Part shown: positions 1-12,681 of the stretch, piece by piece
Layout: each line of letters opens with the position of its first letter
Position numbering within the stretch: position 1 is the stretch's first letter
NCBI GenBank assembly: GCA_043228905.1
Contig: JBHGNT010000002.1
Coordinates: 1,984,001-2,048,000 of the forward strand
Reading direction: 5' to 3'
DNA length: 64,000 nt
Origin: Azolla caroliniana
Lineage: Eukaryota > Plantae > Polypodiophyta
The notes under the pieces: generated by a model
Databases searched by the model: none
The model's input: only the letters and a program-made list of their open reading frames with translations
What the model was told of the DNA's origin: nothing
Translations under genes and position numbers: made by a program

Positions 1-2283
1 GATATGGTGATCCCAGCACCATAAGTGGGTCACTTACACACATGAATTAGAAGAGTGGAGTGCTTTTAGGGGAACCTTGCATGTCTCTGTTGCTAGTTTA
101 TGCCTATGGTGAACCATATATATCATGGATGTTCAGATTATGCATCTAGCATTCTAAACTTCAATATGGTGTTTGAACTTCATGTTTAACTTTTTATGAT
201 TTCCATCATTTGTATTTGCATTGATATATATATCGTATAATATAGATGACAAATGTTTCCATTATTTTGTATATAGATAGCATTGTTTCAATGCATTAAT
301 AATGCACATCATGGAAGGAGAAAAGTATGCGATTAGTTCTTTAATGATGCTTCGTCCAGATTAAAGGTGGATGTGGAAGAAAAGTAGATCCCAATTGTCC
401 AAATGTGGGCAATGTAATGCCATTCATTTTGATAGTGTTGTACACATCTCTATGTCTACATGTCTTAAATTTCAGTGAATTAAAAGTTGGTTTTGCATAT
501 TCTGTCTAGAAGAATGTGAGCTTACAGACATGCTTGAGGTGGTATTATAGAAGCCTTTGACGAAGTAGTATTTTAGTGCCACATGCGTATATCATGAGTT
601 CTTGGAAATCACCTAACCATTGGTTACATTATTCTAAAAGATTGTTTCCATAATCAACAATTAAGGTAAAAATGAAAAGCTTGAAAAACATCTGAGATTG
701 ACTTTAATGATAGTCCGCTGACCCATGAAATGTGGATTCTCCTGTTTTCATTGTAATTCCTTTAATGGGTGTACACGTTAAATATAGTTTCCAAACATAA
801 GTAGTTAAATATAGTTTCCAAACATAAGTAATTAAATTAGCAACGTATGCTACTATTGGTAAGTATTAAATGATCAGTGCACCTCAATGCTTCAAGAGTA
901 CATTAAATGTATGATCATTGCAGTATAATTGAACGTGTACTAGTTTTGTATCTTTGATCTTTGTAAATGATAAGTATAATGTAAAACCAAAGACTTAGGA
1001 ATGATAATATGGAGATGATTAAAGCATTAGTGACACTTGTATTGCTATTGGTGATAGGTATAATTTGTTGATGTAATGTATTGCCTTGCTATTGGTAAGT
1101 GGACTATCTTCACAGCATATTATGCCATTTTACAAACTGATTGGTAATACGTTACGTGAACAAATTGTGACATCAAAAGGTCATGCTATTGTTCCATGTG
1201 TTATGATTAATCAAATCCATCATGTTGATCTATTAAACTAGTGATGATCACATGGTCATTGAAAGCATGGTAGCCAAACAAAAAATAAATGCATGGTAGT
1301 CAATAAATGCCATGCTTTCACTCCAAAATAAATGCACAAAAAATTAGGCATTTGATTGTGATGCGAACAAAATGTTTCGCTTGATAGTGGCCAAACCATT
1401 TTTCTATCAAAGGAACATGGGAGCTATACATTTCCAACTCTATGTGCCCATCGGTCGTAATGTTAAAAGGTGACAAAGCTTGTTTACATGGTAAGGTTAA
1501 GATGGGAAATCATGCAACACCACACTAGAAAGTAGTAGATAAATTGTTGATGCTAAAACACTTGCTAAAGGGCATTGCTATTGGAGTGTGGAAAGTAAAT
1601 GATGTATGCATTCATATGATAATAATTTAGGAAGTTAACTATTGGTATAACCAAATAGTAGTTTAATACACATAAAGCTCAATATCTTCATGAGTTTATA
1701 AATAGAGAACCATCGATACAAATTTGATGAATACAATGCATGTGTATCTAGCTTGAAACAATTGATTTAGAATGGTAAATTCAAGAAAGTGGTAGGTTGG
1801 TTGAGTGTGTGATTATGCATGTTCAAACATAAGTTCGTATGAACATTGAACACAAGCCCATGTTAATATGTGCAAAATCATTCGTATGAGAAGAGCTTTT
1901 TGTTCAGCTCATTGTCATTGGACAAAAGAATCATGAAGAAACAAGATATGAGTGATGGGGAGCCTTGATGAGGTTGTAGATACAGATGTAAACGCAAGAA
2001 TTGTCCATAGCAAGATCGACAAGCAAGGAAGCCAAGTGGCATTGATGAAACTCTATATGCTTGGATTGGATATATAAACCCAAAAGAAGTGTTAGAGGCG
2101 GGGGTGAGGGAGGGCTTGTGAGGTTTTCGAGCTTAACACTCGATGAACCCATACTTTGAACAATTTATCTCAATAAAGAGTGTCATGAGTGTGACCATTG
2201 TTACATACAATTTTTAAGGGTCATTTAACTAAGGCTTCCCCCATATAACAAGGTCCTTTCCTGTTTGTGTCTCTCAAGCTCCT

Positions 2284-3795
2284 ATGGAGGCTGAAAGAGA
2301 AACCTCGTTGCATGCCACCATAGCTAACCTAATCCCTCACTTCAAAGCTCGTCTAGATCAGATCAAGAGGCACCATAGCCACGTAAAGCTCCATCCACAC
2401 ACAGTTCAAAATATCATATCCGGATCTAGAAGCATCAAAAGCATTCTTTGGGACATCTCCATGCTTGATGCAGAAAAGGGTATTCTCTATAGAGGTGTTT
2501 CCATTCATGACTGTTTCTCTTCTATGGGGGCAAAAGCTTCTCCTGAAGGGATATTATGGCTCTTCCTAACTACTCAAATGCCCTCGTCTGCCCAAATTAT
2601 GGATTTGTCGGCCCATCTACGCGCTCGTGGCCGGACATTACCGCAATTTGTGTTCCGATGCATTGATTCATTGCCGGAGGAATCTCATCCATTGGCGCAA
2701 TTGGTGTGCGGGATCATGGCCCTCCAATCGCAGAGTAAATTCGCAGAAGCTTATTCATCCGGTAGCCTTCCAGTGAGTGGCTTATGGGAGCCAGCGTTAG
2801 AGGATTGTTTAGATCTCATTGCTCGGTTGCCAATCCTGGCAGCTTATATCTATGGGAGGGTCAAAAAAAATATGCTTAACTCCAAGCCTACTCTTGAACT
2901 AGAGGCCAGTTTGGGAGGTGGAGAAGATGGAAAAGGAAAGCTTGAACCTGAACTTAGCCTTGACCTCGACACCAAATCTGGAGGAACTGAGCCTAGCCGC
3001 AATATTGAGCACAATTCCGAACTTGGAAAAGCTGGCTTCAAAGGACCCAAACCTAACCTTGACCAGGAGTATGACCTTGCCAGCACGTTTTGCCATATGC
3101 TAGGGTTTGATGACCCCAAAATGTTCGACATGATGAGGATGTACATGGTCATCCATAGTGACCATGAAGGTGGGGCTGCAAGCTCTCATGCTGTCCGCTT
3201 GGTGGGTAGTACCTTATCCGATCCTTACCTCGCATTTGCATCCGGGATGAATGCTTGTGCTGGTCCTCTTCATGGCCTAGTTATTCAAGAGTCTTTCAAA
3301 TGGATCAAAAAAGTTTCGGAACAAGTTGACGGCGGGACGAATGCGACTAAGGAGAGTCTAGAAGCATACGTCAGAAGAACCCTTGAGGCTGGTCATATCA
3401 TTCCGGGATTTGGACATGCCCTGATGAAGGGGACGGATCCGAGGTATGAATGTTTATACAAGTTTTGCGAGACAAACTTTCCCGAAGATCCCTATTTTCG
3501 GTTGCTTTCGAAGTTAGGGGAGGTTGTGCCCCATGTGATGAAAATGCAAGGAAAAGTGAGAAATCCTTGGCCTAATGTGGATGCCATCATTGGAGTAGTT
3601 TTTAATCATTTCGGCTTGAATGATGAGAGGTTTTTCCCTGTCATTCTAGGTGTAACTAGGTCTATCGGAGCTCTTGCACAGTTGGTATGGGATAGAGCTC
3701 TTTGCCTTCCCATTGAGAGGCCTAGTAGTGTGACATTGGATTGGATTGAGAGATATTGTGAAGACAACTCTGAAAAGGAAAGATGTGAAAGTTAA
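2284..3795 (+). CDS. Citrate synthase-like protein (eukaryotic/mitochondrial-type fold), single exon, 503 aa
   Basis: Uninterrupted ORF with CS motifs SDHEGG, LSDPYL, GPLHG (catalytic His), PGFGH (His), TDPRY, PWPNVD (Asp) and IERP. It has a ~65-aa low-complexity insertion and no obvious transit peptide. Confidence 0.93.
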   Translation: MEAERETSLHATIANLIPHFKARLDQIKRHHSHVKLHPHTVQNIISGSRSIKSILWDISMLDAEKGILYRGVSIHDCFSSMGAKASPEGILWLFLTTQMPSSAQIMDLSAHLRARGRTLPQFVFRCIDSLPEESHPLAQLVCGIMALQSQSKFAEAYSSGSLPVSGLWEPALEDCLDLIARLPILAAYIYGRVKKNMLNSKPTLELEASLGGGEDGKGKLEPELSLDLDTKSGGTEPSRNIEHNSELGKAGFKGPKPNLDQEYDLASTFCHMLGFDDPKMFDMMRMYMVIHSDHEGGAASSHAVRLVGSTLSDPYLAFASGMNACAGPLHGLVIQESFKWIKKVSEQVDGGTNATKESLEAYVRRTLEAGHIIPGFGHALMKGTDPRYECLYKFCETNFPEDPYFRLLSKLGEVVPHVMKMQGKVRNPWPNVDAIIGVVFNHFGLNDERFFPVILGVTRSIGALAQLVWDRALCLPIERPSSVTLDWIERYCEDNSEKERCES

Positions 3796-4473
3796 GGAAA
3801 TTTGAACTTTCTCTTTTTTCTAAAGTGTGTTGTTTCTCCATTGCTTGACTTAGCATGAGAGCTAACTTTTCCTTCGATCACTTTTAGTGCTTTATTTATC
3901 GTCACATAACATAGATAACAATGGTTCCAATGGTCCCCTATGTCAAGTAATTATCAACTGGGATTATCGACAACTAGTCCTATGTGAGTCATTCCAATCG
4001 TCTCCTCCGTCAAGAAAATTTCAACTGGTCTTATCGACAAGTAATCCTATGTGATATTGTGTAAAAAGGGTCAAATTCTTGCCACAAATGATACTATGGT
4101 CATGATACAGAAAAATCCCCAATGAGAGTCGAATATTTGTATACTGTGCGTATTTAATCCGGTTTTTCCTATGTAATGCAGTGACTATATTGTTAAAGAT
4201 GTTATTGTTTCAAAGGGCGTGAGATGCTTATTCCATGCCTCTTCTCAAACCTTCATAGCTAAATTCTTTTAGATATATTTTATTCTTATTCCAAACCATT
4301 TTCGGTTTACTACATTGAATGTTGATGCATATAATATTCACAATGTTGGAAGCCATGATATGTGCCTTGCAAGCCATGATATATACTAGTTTTCCTTTGA
4401 TCATCACCAACCTGTAAACCTAAAAGCTAAAAGCATTTAGAGCTTAGGTTCGGTACTACACATGTTATCTTTT

Positions 4474-4625
4474 CTTGTCTTCACTACAAGGCAGATTTTG
4501 CATTGCATGTGCGTATAAATTTAGGAAATCAAGAGTTCTTGCCATGCTATGTTTGCTTGTCTTCATTACAAGGTAGATTTTGCATTGCATGTACATATAA
4601 ATTTAGAAAATCAAGAGTTCATGCC
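4474..4625. repeat. Tandem duplication, two copies of a ~80 bp unit
   Basis: cttgtcttca(c/t)tacaagg(c/t)agattttgcattgcatgt...aaatcaagagttc(t/a)tgcc occurs twice in succession. Confidence 0.8.
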
Positions 4626-5401
4626 GCACAAAAACAAACAAGATTACTGCATAACATGGATGATTATATGGACTTTAATCTTAGGTACCAATGTAAAATA
4701 CAAAGATGTTGCCTTCTTATGTTTATTGAAGATCATCAATATTTGTTCGTCAAATTGCCAAGTTGAATTAGCTTTTGTCACGTTTACTTTTCTTGTTCAT
4801 GTAGGAGTATAGTATGTCCATTTGTTCAAAAAGGTTTTAATGGTTGGATTTAGATAAGAAGGATGGGCGCTATTATTTGCTTGTGTGTCGTCAAAAAGCC
4901 TTGGGATGAAACCAACGAGTGGGTTGAGATTGGAAAATTCCCATCATTGAAGAACTGGATGCCTAGTAAATTAGCAAATATAGGATTTGATTGTAGGATG
5001 GAGGGCAACAATATGCAAAAGAAACAATGCTCCAATTTCCTACCATCCTTTTGTGAGTGCAAGTTCCATAACCCAAACTAATGTAAACTAAGTAGTCACG
5101 TAAGTAAGCCTTGTCGATTGATAGTTGATTGTCAAGCGTAAGGATATGAATAGAACATGTGAGGGTGATCAAATCTAGGCTCAACATGGACAACAATGAG
5201 TCTCAATCAAGAGTGAGTTGCCAATGTAAAACTAGAGGATCGTTGTTGTCTAGCCCACAAATAGTTGGTGGGACAAATGCTGCATGGCCAGGATATACGG
5301 CCAAGCAAAAAATGAAAGAAGAAGAGTCTTTGGGCGCTCAAGGGCATTCCAATGTAATTTTGAGCAATTATTTATATATACACACATGCACATGCACGCT
5401 C

Positions 5402-7426
5402 GTGTCTAACTACCACCAAATAATAAAGAGGGTTGATGAGGGAATCATGGCCATGAACGGTGCAAGGCGTTGGGTTGAGGGCGTGTGTGATTTGCACCGT
5501 CCAATGTGGATAATAATAAAAAGCGCACCAATGAAAAAGTTGTCACCAGACACTCGGCCTGTCAGTATTCTAGACACCCTGCTCATAATTCTCATACACC
5601 TTGCTCTATATTCAAACACCCTACTAATAATTGTCAAACACCCTACTTTATTTTCAGACACCCTGCTCTATTTTCAAATACCTTGCTGATAATTTTCATA
5701 CACCTTGCTCAAATCAAACAACCTACTCAAGTCAAACACCCGATAGACATGAACCATTGAACAAATTCTAAGTGTAAAAAATTTGACATCAAAATGTCAT
5801 AACATAACTCCACTAAAAAACATCACTCTTCCAATTACACCAAACTTAATAATTAATTCTTCAAATTACAAAATATATAATCACAAAACGTTCAATATCT
5901 AACTTTACTTCATGTTCGCAATCGAAGTCCAAAACCGTAAGGATGAAAATTGAGTCCAACGTAAGACACGATTCTAGCTCATGTGGGGATGGTTACAAAA
6001 TCCTACCACAAATTTTTGCAGCAATCAACATTTGAGTCCCTTTAGGTCAAGGTCAAGCCATCGCAATGCAACCATCGAACCTTCTCAGTCTCAGATATTA
6101 GGAACTGCTTCTTAGCTTGACTTGCACCTCTTTGTAGTTTTTGATGTTGGATTTGGAAGTGTCCGGGGAGTTGCCAATAAGTTATTGCAAGATGTTGGTA
6201 GTATTTCCTCTTTTCGCACTCCGACTTATGGATCTTACTCCTTTGCGGTTAGTTGTATTTGGTGCACCAAAACCATACATCTTTTGTCACAGATCTGCCA
6301 TTTGTTGCAGACAAACCTCAATTGTTGTCCATTCGAGGAATTCTAACCCTTGCTCGAGCCATTTCATATCTTCCTAGGTTGATTGTATTTGAGACTTCCA
6401 TGATTCCATGTCTCTTGATTCGACCTCTACCTCCGCATCGGTTTCTTCCTCTTCCATATCGAAGTGTTTGGACTTCGAAACCATCTTTGACAAGCAATAT
6501 ATAACCAAGAGATGTAATCCGTAAACCCATTTTAACAAGCCATATTAACATTATTAAGAAACTATATATCATGAAAACATAAAACCCTGAGACATACAAA
6601 TCTTTTTTGTTTTTCCTAGAAAAGATACTTTCATTAGTTATAAACAATTATTACAAGAAAGTTTACATACTGTCAAGCTACCATTGATATGTTGCATTCT
6701 TCCTTAGGTCCCCTCCCTCAAGGACATATACAAATCTTTACATGATCTTGATTCATTTTAACTTTGTCATCCCATTTTTCGATTCCAAAAACCCTAAACC
6801 CATTTTAATAATCCATTTCAAGATTGAAACTGGTTTAATAAAGTTATACTGTCCATTTTAATATCGAACCCTAACCCATTTCACGATTCCAAAAACACAA
6901 AACCCTAATTCAGAAAACGCACTTTTACAAATAGAAAAAACCAACAGGCCGCAATAAAATACACACCTGAATGATTTGTCAGTGTTGTCTTTGATTGTAA
7001 TGCAGGTGGCGAAGCTGAATGTAATGTTGAAAAATCTCTGATTTGAAAATCCCTACAAATAACTCAATCTTTGATTTGAAAAATGACGAAAAATCGACAG
7101 TGCTTGCTTTTATACCCTAAACCCGTCTATGTTGGGTGTTTGATAATTACGAGCAGGGCGTCTGACAATTATGAGCTGGGTGTCTGACAATTAGGAGTTG
7201 GGTGACTAACCATTATGAGCAAGGTTTCTGACAATTATGAGCAGGGTGTCTGAAAACTGACGTGACGGGTCGAATGTCGGGTGACAATTGTCTTACTGGC
7301 GCGCTTATTTTTCTTTATCCATATCAAATGGTACAAATTGCACACACCCTCAACCCAACACCCTGGACTATCACTGGCCGAGATTCCCTTGCCAACCCTC
7401 GTTATTATTTGGTAGTAGTTAGACAC
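5402..7426. mobile_element. Degenerate DNA transposon with long (~300 bp) terminal inverted repeats and subterminal ~21-bp repeats (Mutator-like/foldback)
   Basis: The left end GTGTCTAACTACCACCAAATAATAA..., 5402-~5710, is the inverted complement of the right end ...TTATTATTTGGTAGTAGTTAGACAC, ~7130-7426. Both ends carry arrays of gacaccctgctcataatt / aattatgagcagggtgtc. No clear TSD was found. Confidence 0.75.
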
Positions 7427-7440
7427 ATCACATGCATGCG

Positions 7441-7675
7441 CACACACGCACACACACACACACACATGTATGTATGTATGTATGTATGTATGTATGTATG
7501 TATGTATGTATGTATATACATATGTATGTATATACTAGGTATATATATACATATGTATGTACTATGTATATATATATAATATATACATATGTATAGATAT
7601 GTGTGTGTGTAAATTATTTTTGGGCCATTTTTTGCTCCTCTTGGGGATCAATTTTTGTTTTGTTTTGTTTTCATG

Positions 7676-7715
<40 letters not shown>
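7441..7715. repeat. Microsatellite cluster (CA)n, (TATG)n, (TA)n, (GA)n
   Basis: Simple repeats read directly, just upstream of the exonuclease gene. Confidence 0.9.
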
Positions 7716-7719
<4 letters not shown>

Positions 7720-8000
7720 TTGGCGGGAAAAGGAGCTCTTGGATGCCTGTCTCAAGACTCAAATTCGCTGTTTTTGTGGCGGGAAGAAGAGGAAAGGGAA
7801 CAGATGATTCTGAGTTTTGCAGGAGATCTGCTGAAAAAGCAGTGCCTGCCTGCCCCCCCTAATTCTCTTCGCAGCCTCTTCTTTCCTCTCTGTTTTTTTC
7901 TGAGCGAAATGCGGAGCTTGTTTGTTTGTTAAAGCAGCAGCAGTTCCCAGGATCTTTGTCTTCATCATCCTTCCGCCATAGATCTGATCGTCTCGCAGAC

Positions 8001-10979
8001 ATGAATGAAACCGATCAGATGCCGCCGCTGCAGCCCACAGATCCCACCAATCGCTCAAACGAAGCTCTCAGCCCTCTTTTACGGTATAATCCATCTACAT
8101 ACTCTAGTCTCCTTCTTCTGTTTTCTTTTCTGGAACTGTTGTAATTCGCACCGCCATTACTACTTATATTATGACCTTCGTCGTTAATTCTCGGGAATAC
8201 ATATATAAAGCGTCTCTGATTACTTCTGCATTTCCTGACAGATGCGTAGCTTGTTATAAACAGTTCAAAGAAAGGGATACGCTTGTTCAACACATCCAGA
8301 AAGCTGGGCATTCTTACCATGAGCCGAAATGTGGCGTTTGCAAGAAACATTGCAAGTGCCTAGATGCGTTGCGAGAACATCTCATAGGTATTAACGAGAA
8401 CTGAGCTTAACAACCATGGATTTCTCATTCTTCTGCTTCATGCTTTATTAACTGTGTCTCTCCTCAACCTTTTCTTTTTGACTGGCTATAAACCATGTCC
8501 ATATGAGATCAGTCTCATGTTGACCCTTCCAATGGCCTACCATGGTTACATTTTAACACATAAGTTGGAGTAGTAGAAGACTACAGTTAACGAAAGTGTT
8601 CCTTCCAATTAGACAGTGAGGGTCCAATAGTCAGGTTTCATTCTATAGATGACGAAGAAGACTGACTGAATAGTAAAGCCATGTGTACATAATATTTGCC
8701 CTTCTATCAGAAAACATGTTACTTTGGTGGCAAATGATTATAAGGACATTCGTATGTAGCAGATGATTTTTTTCATTCACAGAAATTTTCCAATAATTCG
8801 AGCGTTTTAAAACCTGAAACGTCTTTCATTTCTTGTCAGCCATGTGTCACATTCTGTATACGGTAAAAATAGGATAAAGAAATCTCAGAGGACTTCTATT
8901 CTAATCATTCAAATTAATAAACCAAAATTTTTGCCTCCCCTTAAACTATGACAAAGTAACAAAGTTTCCTTATTCCCTATGGAATGGAACCTGGCTTGTA
9001 TTTGCTCAGTCAAATTTGAGTTCCATGAAAATTAAGATTAAATGCGTAATTATGAAGAATAAAAATCAGTATCCGTTAGTCAGCATCATAATTGTAATTA
9101 AGGTTGATATTAGCTTTTCTACCTAGTACTAATAATTTAGACCAAAATCCACATGGCAAAGACAAAAAAATTAAGCCTCTAATTTTGTTAACATTCAGGA
9201 CCTCGGGCAAAAAAGGAGTGTTCACTTGAATTTCTCAAACGAGGTTGTTCTTTATGTCTAGAAACCTTTGAGAATGAGAATGTTCTTATCCAACATCAAG
9301 CTTCCTGCAGACTTACGGCTTCATACAACCGTATATCTGTAAGTGTGTCCATAATTCTTTTATTTTTGTTGTAGTAGTTTATATCACAAATGTTCGTCTA
9401 ATTTGGATTATTGTGGTTTCGTCAATTCCCGTGTTTTGTTGTATTAGTTTAAACTCCTTTATAGATTCACCTAATTTGCATTATTTTCTTTCCAGGGAGT
9501 GATATCTTGCGCCGTTAATGCTCCCAAGAGAGTTCATGGGCTTAAAGAATTCTCCCCTGATAAACCTTCTAGGAGATCTGTAGTGGCTATGGATTGTGAA
9601 ATGGTTGGAGGTGGCTTGGATGGCTCCGTAGATCTTTGTGCACGAGTCTGCATTATTGATGAAGATGAAAATGTGCTGCTGAATACACATGTGAAGCCAG
9701 AGATTCCTGTCACAGATTACAGGTACACATAACTACGTCATTTAATGGGTTTGATGCAAAGGATTTCTTGATTTTTTCCATCGTTCTGCTGTAACTGTGT
9801 TATCCTCAGAACCTAGTAATGTTATAGTTCCTATGACATTTGATAAAAACTGACTTTCTATTCTGTTTCCTATCTTTCTCAACTTATTTTCACGGTATTT
9901 GTTTTATAGGTCTGAGTTTTCTGGTGTTCATCCGGAGGACTTGGTTGATGCCATGCCAATCAAGTTGGCAAGAAAAGCAGTTGAAGAGATACTATACAAT
10001 GGTGTGAAAACTTGTGGTAGTAAACAACATCCCAATCTTCTCGTCGGTCACTCTCTACATCATGATTTAACCTGCTTGGGAATTCGCTATCCTTTGAATC
10101 TATGGAGGTAAAGGCAGTTCCAGTTATAAATAATCACTGAGAACTATTTTATTCAACTGTATTGTAGGTGTATGTGAATTGGGTTTAAATACTCATGTAG
10201 TTCCTTACAATGCAGGGATACAGCATATTATCCCCCTCTTCTTAGAACAAGCAATGTTTGCAACAAGCTGCAATACCTCACAAACACATATCTGGGGTAA
10301 AATTTTAATGGGCTTCAGTGATTATTTTTTAAATCAAAGAAGTGATATTGAAGTCTGTGTTAAAGTTTAAAGGACGGTTCATATTAACGATGTGTATCTA
10401 GAGAGGTTATCATTTAAGTGTGGGTAAAGTTCTAAGTGTCATAAGACAAATTCTAATGGGTTTCAAGATTGATTTTACAAGAATATCATTAAACATGGGT
10501 TAGTGCTCTAGTGGGCGTCAATAACGTTTTCACAATAATATGGCGTGTAAGGATGTGTCAGGTAAAGTTGCAATGTGGTTCCATAATTATTCAATGAAAT
10601 GCTTAAATAATGATTTCAAAACAGCAAGTTTGAAGCTCTAAAAATAATGATTTGCACGTACGGATATTATTAAACTCTGGAATGAAGTTCGCTTGACCTT
10701 TGAATAATCATTAGAAGCACTAAATTCAAAGTTGGCAACTGCAGGTATATGATTCAGGAAGGAGCTTCACATGACCCCTATGAGGATGCAGTTGCAGCAA
10801 TGCGTTTATATAAGAGGATGAGGACGGTATCTCATCTTCCCACACAAAGCAGGGAGGATGGCACTCACTATCACTCTCACTCTCCCACAGGTATAATGAA
10901 GGTTAACAAAGAGCTTGAACCTATGGAGCTGCTTCAGCTCTCAAAGTGCCGCTTCCATTGCTGGTGCTTGGATGCATGA
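8001..10979 (+). CDS. C2H2 zinc-finger-containing DEDDh RNA exonuclease (plant RNA exonuclease 4-like). Exons: 8001-8083, 8242-8387, 9199-9338, 9496-9722, 9910-10107, 10216-10296, 10745-10979
   Basis: All introns are GT-AG and the frame is kept across junctions. Motifs: RCVACYKQF...H, CGVCKKHC, CSLC...H, ExoI VAMDCEMVG, ExoII LVGHSLHHDL, RDTA, ExoIII HDPYEDA, and C-terminal HCWCLD. Confidence 0.9.
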
Positions 10980-12681
10980 ACAGTGAAAGGGTTTCACATT
11001 TTAATCTATTGTTGCTTCAAATCAGTCCTCCGGTTGTGAAATGAGGTCTTGCATGAACCACGTTTGCTCTCCTATTGCGCTTGAAAATAAGAAGTTTGAT
11101 CCATCGGCTGAATTGTTGAACTTCTGCAAAGGAGATTGTTGTCATTTTACACACTATTCAGATAAGGAGAGAATATCTGCATGGGGCACGATTTGAGGAA
11201 CATATATGTAATCTTATAGGACCTCTTATTGGTCCTGGATGTAGCCAAATCCTTAATGGACGCGCAAAACGCTTAATTTCCATCACCAAGTTTACTGCAA
11301 TGTACATGTTTTCAGCTTGCACTGAGCCATAAAATATTTGAGTCTAGCTATATTATTAAAATAACAGGTTGATTGGTTGTATGAAGTTAATGGCTGTTGG
11401 TACTGTTTACATACCAGATGAGTAGCAGACCATTTGACTTGTGACTATTAGCTACGTATGTGGTTACACAAGGAATGAATCACACCGTCCATATATTTTG
11501 AGACATTCCATTTCTTCACATTTTAAGAGCTAACATCATAATCGATGGAATTACTCCTTCATGTAGCTATTGTGAAGAATCACTTTATATTTTTGTATGG
11601 GTTAATGATCTGGCCAAACCCCTCTTTTTCATAATCATCGTTAAGTAAGAGCCCCCGTTTTCACATGTAAGTGGATACAATGAAAGATATTGAAAACAAT
11701 AAAGATAAATGGACAGCATCATCAAAGAGTAAGTGGAGCAAGTACAATTCTTCATCTGGCAAAACAGAGAGCTATATAAGAATAGGTGGTATTGAATCTT
11801 TATATGAACGGTAATATTTCCTGTTTTGTCATGTATTCTTTATTTAACTCGGCATATTGTGAAAGTTAATATTTAGGACAACATTTCAATACACGGAGAA
11901 CTTTCAGAGTGCAATCAGTATCAAGATGTATAGTGCTAGTTCCACTTTCAGCAGCGTTCTAGTGCCACAACCACCCGTTTTGTAGCACCATTCTTACATT
12001 TAAATGGGATTTTTTCAAAGTTCTGTTTCAAATGTACTAATTATAATTCCTCAATCAAAATGCACTAAATGCATTGGTACCTGACGAGTAGACAAGGCAA
12101 GGGAAACCATACAGCCAAGTGATTGCATACTGAAATCAGGGTAATGTAATGATTTTACACATTTCATAATTATGAAAATAAAGAGCGGCATTTTTACAAT
12201 ATCTCAAATACGTATGATAATTACCAATATTTCATCAATATGAGATTTGTCACGGATTTATAAGTATACAACTGCAAACAGTGTGGTTAATACCTCCTAA
12301 TAGCCAAAATTATGGATCAAAAAATGAATTCAGAATTGGGCACAATAAACAACCCACAGGAAGAACAGTTAGTCGTATTTGTAAGATTCCCCAAGCCTAG
12401 ATGATATTCTGGGGAAAGTAAATTACATTTCAAGCAAAATCATTGTGAAGTTGCAGTCTTGTACAAATGCATACATGAATGCAGTGTCAGATTAGTGTTA
12501 ACATCAATCAATCAATCAATATACAACAGATGAGTCGTCAGAGAGGTCGCCGAGTTGCAACTGAATGAAATTGGAAGGCAATTGCTTCCAAAGATACGGT
12601 TGTGTTTGCCGAATATTTGCTTGACTTGGATTTTGACCATAAGACCAGAAGAACATATTAAAAATGAGCCAATTATATATA

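Noticed and set aside
1-2200. Possible decayed transposon coding sequence, with a short tandem repeat near 777-833
   Set aside because: No recognisable motif or termini, so it cannot be assigned.
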